DNA of 63,646 nucleotides, counting the filler, from Octopus bimaculoides (Eukaryota): assembly GCF_001194135.2 (NCBI RefSeq). It is 4 parts of 3 records of this genome, joined end to end, with 100 filler letters (N's around TTAATTAATTAA, not from the genome) between each part and the next. Parts side by side here need not be neighbours in the genome. Positions count along the whole stretch, not along the records: positions 28,650 to 59,372 come from NC_068989.1; 3 more parts are not named here. The stretch is one strand, 5' to 3'. Below, one piece after another: positions 35,738-48,507 of the stretch. Position 1 is the first letter of the stretch; the number at the start of each line of letters is the position of its first letter. The translations under genes were made by a program, and so were the position numbers. Below the pieces are notes generated by a model that was not told where the DNA came from, searched no databases, and saw only the letters and a list, made by a program, of their open reading frames with translations.

Positions 35738-38342
35738 CACGGGGCAACAAAACATTTTTGTCATTCTATTTAAACTTTCTCAGCTGATTTAGGGCAATTA
35801 TAGGGTGCTGAATCCGTATCCGTCATCAATTTTCAGATAGCGCGCGTAGCTTTTTAGTTATTCACAGCATCAGATTTCCCAACGACTTGATATTGACAAA
35901 GTAGTAGGCTATTTGCTTTCAACTTTCATTCAAATACTCATCATTAAAAGAAAAATAAGTGCTGATAGAGGGAAATGTAAGCTACCTGTTAAATTTCCAT
36001 ACAACATGATTTATTTTACTTTGTTATCGCTGTAAATAAAGTAATGTTCTCCTCACTGTAGCCTGCTGATATTAGGTTATAGTAAGCCACTCAGACTCAC
36101 TTTTCTTTGATAACTGCTAGTGCTATTAAAACAAAGTACATTAAATAAGAGAGCCAGGTTATATGAAAAGTAGTTTAATAGTAAGTTTAGTTATTTATTA
36201 AAGTGATCAATATTTGAAATTTAGGGATGGAAAATTTTTTTAGTGATAGCCATAGCTTCAGTACATTCTACAATAATTTCAATGATTTTATTTAGAAATA
36301 TATTTTGATGTTTTACGGTAACATTTACTGTTGATTAATTTCATATTTTAGTTTACTGATAGGCTTCCTTGAGTGTTAGATTATTACTGTATGTATTTAT
36401 GATGAGCAGAAACGTTTGTGTTAATCACCTGGACAGCTTTTGTTATGTGTGAAGCAAATTTACACTATAAGATCACAGAAATAAGCTTACAAAGAAATTT
36501 TAAAATGCTTACAAGCTTTTTACTTTGGGTGAAAAGTTGGGGACCAAGATAAAATGTGGGCGCCTCATGTTTGTTGCAAAATATGCTACATAGCACTAAC
36601 CCAATGGCTGAATGGTAAACAGAAAAGTATACCATTTGCAGTACCAATGATATAGCGCAAACCAATACACCACTAAACTGATTGTTATTTCTTCTTAACT
36701 AACATCACATGTCCCTCTAAGAAGAACAAATCCAAGATTGTTTATCCAGATTGCCCTTCAGTTTTAAAACCATTTGCTCATGCGGCTGAAAATATTCCAA
36801 TTCCAGAACCTCCTTTATCTTTTGACAAAGATAGTTTAAGTGAAGAAAGTATTGCATCTACTTCAATTGAAGGCATGCCGAGTGATACAGCAGATTACTG
36901 TGATGAGCCAGGATCTTCAAAAAGTTCCTCATTTATTAAGTCAACTTGAATTAAATGATTTAGTGAGATACTTGGTTTTAACAAAAGAAAAATCAGAACT
37001 ACTGGGATCCATGTTGAAACAATGGAATCTTTTACACGATGGTGTAAAATGCTCATATTTTCGAAAACAGCGCATAGACGAATTTTTTAATGGAGAAATT
37101 CGGTATTTGTTCTTGTGGTGTTGAAGGACTCCTGCGTGAGATGAGGTACAGCCATAATCCTGAAGAATGGAGACTCTTCATAGATTCCAGCAAAACAAGC
37201 CTAAAAGCTGTTTTGCTGCATAATGGCAATAAAAAAACCTTCAATATCACTAGCTGTAGGATTAAAGGAAGCTTTAATCCTAAAGTGGAATATATGCAAG
37301 AACTTGGAAGTTATTGGTTTGCTTCTTGGGTTGCAAATGGAGTATACAAAGCACCAGCGCTTTTTGTGTCTTTGGAACAGCAGAGATGACAAGCATCACT
37401 ATGATCAAAAACAGTGGCCAAAGCGAAGTGATTTCACTCCAGGGAGATACAATGTTAAATATATCCCTTTAGTTGACCCTCAGAAAATTTACTTCCCTCC
37501 CTTACACATTAAACTAGGTTTGTTTATGAATTTTGTTAAGGGCATGAATGAAAACGGTGAAGGATTCAAATATCTCAGTGAAAAACTTGTTTCTAGGAAG
37601 AGTGAGGCTTAGATCAAAGCTGGTGTGTTTAATGGACCAGAAATTCGCACCCTAATTTGTGGTGAGCTTTTTCAAGAAAAATTAAGCCCAGTAGAAATAA
37701 CTGCTTGGGAAAAGTTTGTTTCTCTTGAAAAATATTTTTGGGGAAAAGAAAAATCACCTAACTATGTTGCAGATGTGAATGATTTTTTTAAAGCTTATAA
37801 AGAACTTGTGGCAAGAATGTCTATAAAAATTCATTTTCTTCACTCTCATTTTGACTTTTTTCCCACCCAATATGGGTGATGTAAGCGATGAGCATGGTGA
37901 ACGATGTCATCAAGAAATCAAAGAGCTAGAAAGCCGCTACAGTGGCAGACTTACACCAAATATGCTAACGGGCTATTGCTGGTTTTTAAAACGAGAAACG
38001 GACATGCAACATAAGCTTAAAGGAAGACGCCAGCGCTATTTTTGAAAAGCATAGGATTAATAATATTCACTTTTTGTTTTGTGCTTTATTGGTTTTAGAA
38101 CTACTTGTCCACTTAGTTGCTATTGTTCTTTTACCAAATAACGGTAATTTACGCTTAACATAACATTCCTTTTATTTGTCATGAATTTTCCCATTATTAA
38201 TATTTTGAGAGTAGTATAATAATGATAGCGCAAAAACATGACGTATTAGAGCAAAAATGATTGCAGATTCGGAATCAGCGACCCCCAAATTACCTATGAG
38301 CACCATTTCGTCTAATAGTAGGAAAACTTTTGTTGCCTAGTG
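35738..38342 (+). mobile_element. Full-length decayed Chapaev3-type DNA transposon (2605 bp)
   Basis: TIRs CACGGGGCAACAAAA / TTTTGTTGCCTAGTG (13 of 15 match), a perfect 3-bp TTA TSD (35735-35737, 38343-38345), subterminal inverted GGTGCTGAATCCG-like motifs, and an internal transposase. Confidence 0.85.
36402..38045 (+). pseudogene. Chapaev3-type transposase pseudogene
   Basis: MSRNVCVNHLDSFCYV, VGDQDKMWAPHVCC, PFAVPMI, TDCYF, EEWRLFIDSSKTSLKAVLLHNGN, PPLHIKLGL, GPEIR, MSIKIHFLHSH, VSDEHGERCHQ, YCWFL. Multiple stops and frameshifts. Confidence 0.9.
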
Positions 38343-38548
38343 TTATAGGAAGAAGCCAAAGTAATATGCAGATGTCAATAAAGGCTATTTGATAAGGTTT
38401 ATCCAGAAGAAGGGAAACAACAAAAAAAGAAGAAGAAACAACAGAAAACAGCAGCTGCATAAACAGAGGCAACAACATGTTTGTTAGGTGTAGAATGACG
38501 GTGGCTGCTGCTACCGCTGCTGGTGTCATTGTTTCCCCTAGATCAGTG

Positions 38549-38665
38549 GTCTTAGTTCTGATGATACAACGATTTGCAAAGGGGAAAAAGATTGCAAATC
38601 GTTGTATNNNNNNNNNNGTCTTAGTTCTGATGATACAACGATTTGCAAAGGGGAAAAAGATTGCA
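38549..38665. repeat. 48-bp direct duplication with an intervening inverted piece (perfect 16-bp hairpin 38564-38607) next to a 10-N gap
   Basis: ATACAACGATTTGCAA-12 nt-TTGCAAATCGTTGTAT, then GTCTTAGTT...GATTGCA repeated after the gap. Confidence 0.7.
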
Positions 38666-39189
38666 CTTCAGTTTCAGAGGCACCAGCAGCCGTCAAATTA
38701 TTTATCAAGAAGCCGCGGTGAATCCGCCTTCAGCACAGTGTCGGCCACCGGATTCGATCATTAGTTTCACTCTATTATATTGCGGCTTCTAAAATACAGG
38801 AATCCCGGAGACTGTATGCAGCATTAACACAATAAGAAAGTAGAAAAAAGAAAAGTATAGCAGAGTTATATATAAATAAATGATTAGAAGTGTTTCGTGA
38901 AAACGACCTGTTTGTGCTGATGATGAACTGTACAAGTCAATTGTACGAATTAGTTTCTGGTACAACTGATGAATGGCCTGAAAGAAAATGCGGGAAATAT
39001 TGAGTTGATTGAGGAGGAGAAGTGAGGCTAATTTATTGATCATATATTTGATGAACTGTTGCTAGAATCCCACACATATCCACAAGCTAAATACGGCTGG
39101 ATGCTTATGAAGTTCGCTTTGCAAGGCGTCGTTTCGGTTTCAGTCCCACTGCTCAGCACTGAGTCAACCGGTGAGTGAATTTGAGCAAT

Positions 39190-39360
39190 TGCCTAGTGGC
39201 ATTTTGTCCGTTCTGGATTCACATTTTGCTAACGACGACTTTGCCTTTCATCCTTTTGGGGTGGATAAATTAAGTACCAGTTGCTTACTGGTATCGATAT
39301 AATCGACTGACCTCCTCCCCAAAAGTTTCGGGCCTTGTGCCTAGAGCAGATATGATTATT
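39190..39360 (+). mobile_element. SINE family B
   Basis: GACTTTGCCTTTCATCC...AATTAAGTACCAGTTG...TTTCGGGCCTTGTGCCTAGAG. Confidence 0.75.
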
Positions 39361-40902
39361 CACGGTCCCTGGCATACCAATAATTAAATGCGCAGCTTTT
39401 ACAATTTCCATACTCAAAATTCTCACAATTTTAAATTTTAAGAGATTCCATTTTTTTATTTTCCACCTTTTTTTTTTTTACAACTCAGAAATCAAACGGA
39501 CATGGTACTTCAATTAATAAGTAACTTCGCTTTTCCTTGTCCGGTATATTATTTTTTAGCATCTTATCCGTTTGAATTTCCTAACTTCTCCATCTCCTGT
39601 TCGGGATTAGAGATACACATGTCGTCGGCCACTAAGGGACATGCTCAGCTGGTTAAAGTCAAGCCACTGACATGCAAATTTGTGGTGTCGAACGGAATAT
39701 GTGTTGTAGTTCATCTTTTGCGAATCATGTACAAGTAAACCCTCTGAATCAGTTAAGACCAGAAGTCATGGCAGTCACTGCCTGGTATTGCAGCAGGGCT
39801 CCTGATATTGGACCAAGGTATCCTGGCATTGCATCAGAGCATTTATTATTATTATTATCATCATCATCGTTACAACCAAGAAAACCACCACGACCTTCAT
39901 CATCATCATCACCCCACCACCACAACCACCATCATCATCATGACTACCATCGCCACCACCACCACCACCACCACCATTATCATCATCACCATCGCCGCCA
40001 CTATCATCATCATCACCACCACCACCACTGCCACGGATTTTGTATTACATTATTGTTGAAAGAGAAATTTTTTAAATGGTTCAGCAATCACTTTATCATT
40101 TCTCATATAATTTAGGTATCTTTTTCCTTTTTTTTTTTTTGCAATTTTAATTTTTTTTTTTTATGAACATTTTTCATCTTGACAGATTCCGAGTTGCAAC
40201 AATTGGTCATATTACCTTTGATCTTATCCCTTCCCCCGGAAATGTGAGAGTAGATCATGTGAGAATGAATAATAATAATAATAAAATGGTGATAATAATA
40301 ATAAAAACGTGGGATGTGAGATTGTCGCTAGATGTCATTAGTGTAAATATTCAGAATTAACAGATTCATTCTCATATGAAAATTATTTTCTGTTTTCTGT
40401 TTTTCTTGCTCTTTTTATTTTATTCCTCTTTTCTTTTTCATTTATATTTTATTTCGTTTATTTTGTTTATTTCATGGCCTAATTCTTTGTAGAAATAAAA
40501 ATCCCGGAAACGCTGTTTGTTCTGTCATATTCCACTCATTTTTTTTTTCTTTCTATGTAAAGAACTGAGTTATAGAGCAAAACCTTCGAGCGGTGGCCTG
40601 GATCTGAGCTTCCAAGGTTCGCTTTGAAACAACAAGAATTCAAGATGTTACCTCACCGTTTAGAACCTTGGACAAATGTAATCTAAAATAACCATGGGGT
40701 AACCAAACAACTTATTCAAATTCAGTAACCGGTGACGCATTGGCAGATTCGATTGTGCATTTCTTTGAAGGTCATGCGGTATTATTTCGAATTCCTACTC
40801 CTCGAGTTCAAATACTGTTGAAGTCAACTTTACCTTTCATCATTTCGGAGTCGATGAAATATACCAACAGGGGGCGGTTGGTTCACGGAACTATAATAAT
40901 TC

Positions 40903-41113
40903 TTTCTACTGAAAGCACAAGGTCTTGAAATTTTAGAAGGGGACAAGTCGATCACATCGACCCCAGTATTTCATTGGTATTTAATTTATCGACCCCGAAA
41001 GGATGAAAGGAAAAGTCGATTTCGGCGGAATTTGAACTCAGAACTTAGCGGCAGACGAAATACCACTAAGCATTTTGTCCGGCGTGCTAACAATTCTGCC
41101 AGCTCACCACCTT
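40903..41113 (-). mobile_element. SINE family B, near full length
   Basis: tRNA-like head with GAGTTCAAATTCC B box plus the family core. Confidence 0.8.
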
Positions 41114-41580
41114 TGACGAAACTATGATAATCTCGTACCATATGGTTTGTAGTGTTTGTTCTGTGTTCAGTACAAATATTTGAATATTTCATCTAGTCGT
41201 ACTTGTATTCTAAATTTAATCCACCACCTGGCAATTTGAGTGCCTTTAGTAGAGTTCATAGCGATGTAGGGAACTTCTTTCCTCATCTTGCCTTTCTCAG
41301 CCACCATAAAAGGTTCATTGGCACTGCTTCCTCACCAGAATGCAAAATAATATTTTGATAATATCGTCCAAAGTACCGTCTCTTTTGTTTAGCGGTATGT
41401 TTAATCCGTCCTCCCGTTGAATAATACTATCACATGACTCTTAGTGTCTTTGTCGGATTCTCTTCTGTTGAAAGCCTTTAAATCTGGTCTCCATAAATCT
41501 CGTGAATATAACAGAATATCATGGTAGATGCGTTCATCATCTTGCGACACTTTAAGTAAGAAAAACTTTAATAATTCTTC

Positions 41581-41755
41581 ATAAAGTCGACCACGGTGGA
41601 ATTTGATCTCAGAACCTAGCAGCAGATGAAATACCGCTGAGCATTTCGCTCGGCGTGCTAACGATTCTTTTCTACTCTAGGCACAAGGCCCGAAATTTTG
41701 GGGGAGAGGCCAATCGATTAGATCGCATACAGTATACAACTGGTACGTAATTCGT
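41581..41755 (-). mobile_element. SINE family B fragments in tandem (head of one, tail of another)
   Basis: Matches the head and tail of 40903-41113. Confidence 0.65.
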
Positions 41756-42099
41756 TTTGAGTTAGCATTCTGACAATCTTGCTCAACGTGGATATATGGT
41801 CGAAATGCGCAAAACCGAAATATTCACCCTTTGAAAGTTTATGTAGACGTATAAAGTTAAAAAAAGCAAAGAAGTGTATAAGGAGCAGATAAACATCGTA
41901 TTTTTTAAATACGCTTTTTTGTGTCTTTGAACGACAAATGTCTACTGTGAACCGCATACAAGTTTAGTCTTTACTGATATAGAAAATAACAGTGATTGAT
42001 AACACAATGGTGTCGCAAATACTACTGCCGTCACTTATAAGCTATTATTATAAAGTATTTCTCATATACCATAGTAACTATCTGGTATTCCATGGGTTA

Positions 42100-42390
42100 C
42101 TACAACGAGCGTCGCAGTTGGTCCGATCAACGGAACAACCGTTCTGTGAAATTAACGTTCAGTTGACTGAACACTCCACAAACATGCGTATCTTTATCAA
42201 TTTGATTCAGCAACTTATAGAATGTGACAAGGCTGTCCCTTTGAATTATATGTAGAACTAATATTTGCCAGCTGAGTGGACTGGAACAACATGAAATAAA
42301 GTGTCTTGCTCAAGGACAAAATGTGCCGTCGTGAATCGAACTGACGACCTTACTATCATGAGCCTAATACCCTAACCACTAAACCGCGAT
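42100..42390 (-). mobile_element. SINE family D (tRNA head + TCCTTGAGCAAGACACTTTATTTCA...ACTCAGCTGGCAAA)
   Basis: Similar along its length to the + copy at 51811-52106. Confidence 0.7.
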
Positions 42391-42554
42391 CCCCCAATTT
42401 ATCATAGTAGTAATTATTGTAAAGTGGATAATTCATTACGTGTTGATTGATAACTTTTTATGAACAGATGTTTGGATGTCAGACAAATTGGAGACTACAA
42501 AACTGGAGCGTATGATAACATGGTCAAAGAATTTAGGTTAGAGTAGAAGTTTCT

Positions 42555-42632
42555 AGGCTTTGAGCGGACGCCCTTCATGGCGCAGATTTAACCCTCTGGT
42601 ATTAATGTTCTGTCATGCGCACTGGAACGACA
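42555..42632 (-). repeat. Highly degenerate hammerhead-family remnant (family c)
   Basis: CCATGAAG GGC GTCC GCTC AAAG. The upstream TGTCGTTCCAGTGCGCATG matches 59170-59188 at the same spacing. Confidence 0.35.
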
Positions 42633-42847
42633 TGGGAAATGCCGGCTCTCTCGATCATGAACCCTCAAATCTTGACAACTTTCAGTCTAATGGCATACGT
42701 TATTAAGCGTTTCCTTAACAAGGAACACTTAGTAAAATATTACGTTGGATCGGTTCCCTTTTTTTCTCTTTTTTTTATTAATGCAGGGAGACCGCAGTGA
42801 CTGATATTTCGCAGGGTCTCCATCATTTGAGAGAAGGGAACAAATAA

Positions 42848-43008
42848 GCGTGGCTGTGAAGTTGAGAAGCTTGCTTCCCAATCATGTGTTCTTCGGTTCA
42901 ATCCTGCTGCTCGGTTTCTTTGGCAAGCTTCTTTTGTCAAAGCGCCGAACCAGTCAAAGTGCTGTGAGCGGATTTTTTGAACGGAAACTGGAAAGAATCC
43001 CTTCGAAT
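42848..43008 (+). mobile_element. SINE family A head, degenerate
   Basis: GCGTGGCTGTG...AAGCTTGCTTCCCAA...GGTTCAATCC...GGAAACTGGAAAGAATCCC. Confidence 0.6.
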
Positions 43009-43234
43009 ATATTTGTATGCGTGTGTGTGTTTGTTTGTGTGCGTTTCTGTGTGTGTGCGCGCGTGCATTATGTTTGATGAAATCTAAGCGGGTCAAAACT
43101 TCGAAGTCACTCTCAATACTAGACTGGTTAAAGTATAATAAATAAGAACTCTACAATGTGTATTGAGTAATCCTTCAGTCTAATGTAAAATTATACTTTT
43201 TTTATAATTATATATAATAAAAAAAGATTCTTAT

Positions 43235-43448
43235 ATGTGTGTGTTATAATCTCCCCACCACTGCTTGACAATCAACGTCGGTTTGTTTACGTCCCCATAA
43301 ATTAATGGTTCGGCGAAAGAAACCGGTAAGATAAGTACCAGGCTAAAGAAATGTGTACTAGTGTCGATCTGCTCGACTAAGCCCTTCAAAGCAGTGCTCC
43401 AACATGACCACAATCAAATTACTGAAATAATTAAAGGGTAAAAGATAA
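43235..43448 (+). mobile_element. SINE family A tail
   Basis: GCTTGACAA...GTTTACGTCCCC...GGTTCGGC...ATAAGTACCAGGC...GCTCGACTAA...GTGCTCCAACATGACC. Confidence 0.7.
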
Positions 43449-45994
43449 ACCGGAGTGCTGGCCAGAATATTAGACTACTTACATCGGAGGGGACGCTGCT
43501 AAAGTCACCAAAATTGGTCAAGTGGTTGTGTTAAACCAGGTTAGTGTTGAAGTCAACCCATCATATAGGCCATGCTGTGATATGAACTCCGAACGCAAAG
43601 AGGCTGAACAAATATCGCTGGGCATTTACTCCGACATCCTTACATTTCCGCAAATCCAACGTACAGTACTATTTTTATCAACCTCGAAATGATGACAGTG
43701 AAAGCTGATATCAGCGAGATACGAACTCTATGCACCGAACGCCTCAACAAAGCCTGTGAGACATTCCATCTGGCGGTCTGTCACCTTTGATAAATTTGCC
43801 ACTTTCTTTTGCATCATTTAAATAAAATTGTTTGATGGTTATTTTAACTCAAGTCTGATTATAATTAAAACTTTGTTAGAAGAACTAACTCGACTTATTT
43901 CAGTGATACAAGTAGTAAGTTCTTGGTGCTTAAATTTGCAATAATTAATATTTCAAGTTAACTTCAAACCTAAGAACACGATGACGTATCGATTATTCAC
44001 TAGCTTCTGTCAACAAGAATGTGACTGGATAAGTTATATAGATATATGTCGGGAGAGGGGGGGGGGACGTTTATTTGAAAAATCCAGTTTAGCGTACCTA
44101 ATGCGAATGGTGTCTTTTACTATTGTGTTCATTTAGNNNNNNNNNNNNNNNNNNNNNNNNNNNNNNNNNNNNNNNNNNNNNNNNNNNNNNNNNNNNNNNN
44201 NNNNNNNNNNNNNNNNNNNNNNNNNNNNNNNNNNNNNNNNNNNNNNTATATATATATATATATATATATATATGAAGAATAATAATAAATGGAGCAAAAC
44301 GGGTATGATCAATAAGTTACGTTTTGCTCCATTTATTTTTATTCTTCATATCTACTCAAAATACATCACTTTAACATGGAATTTATACCCATTAACCGGG
44401 TATGATATCCCAGTTCTTGTGTGGTCTTTGCTACCCTGGTAGCTATTAACATATTTACAATATCGAAGTTTTTTCAACTAAGATAATATTAATATATATA
44501 TAAAATATATACATCTGATTGGATGCGCTCGATGCATGATAAAGCATTCAGATTTCGGTTCTAATGATAATCACTTTAAACTGCCACCGTCACGTGTACA
44601 CACGGGTCCTTCGTAGTCGAAGTGAGGCTATGACGTAAAAGAAAAAGCCCAGCAATAATAAGAGAAAAGAACTTGGGCATTGACTTGGTATTCCTTTATT
44701 CTATCTGTTACATAGGTCTCAGTATTCTGCAACACATGCACACTAAAGATGTAATCAATAGATGCATTGTATATGGCCAACATGGTATGCAAACACATCG
44801 TCAGATAATTGGAAAAGAAAGCATTTCTTTGTCCAATTTCAGAATACTGAAATACGTCATAAATTGAACAAAGGAGCACAAGTCAATGCCCAGGTTCTGT
44901 TTATACGTGTTATATGTTGTTTTCTCTGTGTGTGTGCCTGTGTGAAAAAGAGAGTGTATCTGTGTGTGCGTATAACATCTAAATCCACATCCATCCGATA
45001 CCGCTTGCATTATAGCTTCTGTCTCACTCTAAAGGCTGTTACACCTTACACTATGAAAACTTGCCGATCCTTGTGTAAGGAACACAACTGCACAGGGACC
45101 CTCTTCTATTCCCGTTTATCACAACATCCACAGCCCAAATGTGACGCTTCCTTAACGCCTGCAGCAGAGAACTATCATCATATTTTTTATACCGGCCCTT
45201 CTCTGGTAGAGTGAGAAACCTTTTCGCAAAATCAACCACTCTATTTACAAAAATATATGAGTGCGTGTTTTTTGCTGACTTATGGCTTCTTAGATTAGAA
45301 CGTGTGTGCGTACGTGTGTGTGTTTCATATGTGTGTGGGAGAAATATGAAGCATCAGTCGTAAAATTGTATTAAGAAAACTTTGTTGGAAATTTATTCCT
45401 TTCAAATATTTCCAACATATTTTGACACTAAATTTTAAGCCATAAGCAGCCTTGCTTTCTTTTTGCAAATGAAAATTAAGCGCTCTTGTCTCTTTTTAGT
45501 GGAAAGTTATCATTAACCATATCTCTTTCATAATATCGTTCTTCCGTTTAAATATTTAAAATACTTTTAAATAAAAGCAACAAAATTTTAAACTATAACT
45601 ATTTTCCCATTGTCTTTTCAATGAACCATTTTATCGCTAAACTTTTCAAATGAGATCTCTATTTAAATAATAATATTCATCCCCCAAATAAATTGCACAA
45701 AATCCTACAAAATCTTGCTTTTCCTTTCATTCAATAATCAATTAATACAAATAATATCCCAGTATTGTCTTCTTTGTCAGTAAGGTTTTATACTATCAGG
45801 GCGTGTGAAAATACTAGTTTAATGTATGATAACGACAGACGATATGAACGTGAAACACAGCATCTTTTTCCCTACGTTAAATCCACGCTGGTATGTTGGT
45901 AGTATTAAGGTTAATTGAATACATGTAGTTGAGGCATAAAAGATATACATCATCTAAATTTTGACTGAATTGGCAAGTTCTCTTTTATGACAAT

Positions 45995-46025
<31 letters not shown>

Positions 46026-46124
46026 GTATACATATGGTGAGAATTTACAAAAACACAAAAGACGAAGACGGGTGTGTAAACAACAAACAGATATATTAGT
46101 TTAACGCTCGGGAAGTGAGAAAAT

Positions 46125-46160
46125 CTTCTATGTTTCGAGCGTACGCTCTTCAACAGAAAG
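46125..46160 (-). ncRNA. Degenerate hammerhead motif (family c)
   Basis: ccttt CTGTTGA a GAGC-gtac-GCTC GAAA cat a gaag: perfect 4-bp stem II, A6 mutated. Shares the downstream TTCCCGAGCGT with the 59.2-kb copy. Confidence 0.45.
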
Positions 46161-46470
46161 GAACACAGAAATAAATGGGGAGAGAAAATAGAAAAGGTTT
46201 AGTGACTAGCGATCAATCATGGCGAATGCCGGACAGCGGGGGGGGGAGTCACACAGGAGAGCTAGGATGAAGGGGAGATAATAAAGTAGCTGTGATCCCA
46301 AAATGGTGTGCGTGCGTATGTGAGAGTGTGCATGTGCGTGTTGAAGGAGGTTAGTAACCTTGACGTGTGCGTGTGTAGGTGTGTGGATGATGGTGTAGGT
46401 GTTGAGAAGTGGTCAGTGATATGGTGTGGTGTAGTATGGTGGTGTGATGGTGTGTGATGTGGTGGTGTGG

Positions 46471-46509
<39 letters not shown>

Positions 46510-46519
46510 NNNNNNNNNN

Positions 46520-47075
46520 ATTACCAACACAGGAATATGTATCATACATCAAAATGAAGCTGGTCCTCTGTGGATCACATCCTTACTTCTCAACATAGTC
46601 ACTGTTTCTCTCAATAGCAAGGTTCCACCTTCGAAAGAGAGCATGTATCCATGCCTCGTAAAATTCTGTTGACTGTTCTTTGAGCCACTTCTTCACTACA
46701 GTTTTCACTTCCTCGTCACTGGACTATCATCGTCACTGGACTATCATCGTCACTGGACTATCATCGTCACTGGACTATCATCTCTTCGGCCTCATGAAAG
46801 AGGGTTTGAGGGGCAAACATTATTCCAGTGACGAGGAAGTGAAAAGTGTAGTGAAGAATTAGCTCAAAGAACAGTCAATAGAATTTTGCGGGGCAGGTAT
46901 ACATGCTTTCATTCGAAAGTGGAACATTGCTATTGAGAGAAACGGTAACTATGTTGAGGAGTAGGGATGTGATCCACAGAGGACCAGCTTCATTTTGATG
47001 TATGATACATATTCCTGTGTTGGTAATTATACCTGTCCTAAACAAAATGGCATTACTTTTTGACTCACCCTCGTA
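46520..47075 (+). mobile_element. Mariner 3' end converted into a fold-back: 204-bp inverted arms (46520-46723 / 46824-47027) and four exact 17-bp repeats at the junction
   Basis: DYHLFGLMKEGLRGKHYSSDEEVKSVVKN*LKEQS...KWNIAIERNGNYVE is a mariner C-terminus. Right TIR TTTTTGACTCACCCTCG+TA. (CGTCACTGGACTATCAT)x4 at 46714-46781. Confidence 0.9.
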
Positions 47076-47898
47076 GATAAATAGATAGATAGATAAATAG
47101 ATAGATTGATAATTTTTTTTTTTTTACATAGTGTATTAAATTGAAATAACTTACCGATTGTTTAACCACATTTATATTTTGGCTTGTTTAACTAAATAGG
47201 CGGTGTCAGTTGAAACTTGTCATCTTTCTAAATCTCCAGAATAGGCATTTTTATTTTTGTCTTTCATTTTAAAGATTCTAGTATATTTTCTAAAAGCCAA
47301 ACGAATCTAGTGATCACGGTAAACAATGCTGCTTGTTTCCGGCATACAACCCAAATTTTCAGACCATAATTTAAAGCCCAAAACAGTAGACCGAATTATC
47401 TACCAAAATGAATTTGGAGGACCACAAATTTCATGTGAAATGCAGCGAGATTTGAAAAGACAGTGACAAAGTTTGAATGCTTCCACTATATGTTCACATT
47501 ATAGGCAATTCCTTGACTTGTATGTATGCAAAAACATGCTGTATATGTTTATAAATATTAAATTCCATTTCATTTCCGTTTTGTCAATTAAAAGCAGATG
47601 CTAATTAATTTTAGAAATATATGGTACAAAAATAATTTCTATTATCCATATTGTTTTCATTGTACTGAATTTTTAATTTTTCTGTTCAGCGATGTTTTAA
47701 TTGCATTATTGATAAACTTATTGATTTAAAATATGCCCCGAATAACTATGCGGATAATTGATGATATATTCATCAATTGATGTAATCACATGACCTCTGA
47801 AGATAATGTGATAAGTGATAACACATAGCAACAGTCAGTGTGCTGTAAGGTCAACCATCCAAATATCTGTATACATATATACATACATACATACATAA

Positions 47899-47962
<64 letters not shown>

Positions 47963-48068
47963 CATTAAAAAATTTCAAAACGTATTCAGAATTTTGTTCA
48001 CTTAAGGCCTTAATTTAGTATATGTGCACGTGAGTGTGTATACATACACATAAACATATGTATTATAT

Positions 48069-48100
<32 letters not shown>

Positions 48101-48255
48101 NNNNNNNNNNNNNNNNNNNNNNNNNNNNNNNNNNNNNNNNNNNNNNNNNNNNNNNNNNNNNNNNNNNNNNNNNNNNNNNNNNNNNNNNNNNNNNNNNNNN
48201 NNNNNNNNNNNNNNNNNNNNNNNNNNNNNNNNNNNNNNNNNNNNNNNNNNNNNNN

Positions 48256-48317
<62 letters not shown>

Positions 48318-48507
48318 GAGAGAGAGAGAGAAATAGGAGGAGCGAGAGAGTGAGGCACATAACCTAATACAGGTACACCTTTAAAAGGGAAAAGTTGAAA
48401 TATCTTATCACAAAGAGGATATCACGAGTCAACAAGTCGTCGGTGTTATCACATTCTATCTCTGAGAATCAAACAGCCGGTCAAAAAGACCATCATAAAA
48501 GAATATA

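Noticed and set aside
39672-40115. His-rich 147-aa and Thr-rich 83-aa ORFs
   Set aside because: They arise from a (CAY)n trinucleotide tract; no supporting splice or coding signal.
46714-46781. Regular 17-bp repeats superficially like a CRISPR array
   Set aside because: No spacers, eukaryotic context, and derived from mariner sequence.
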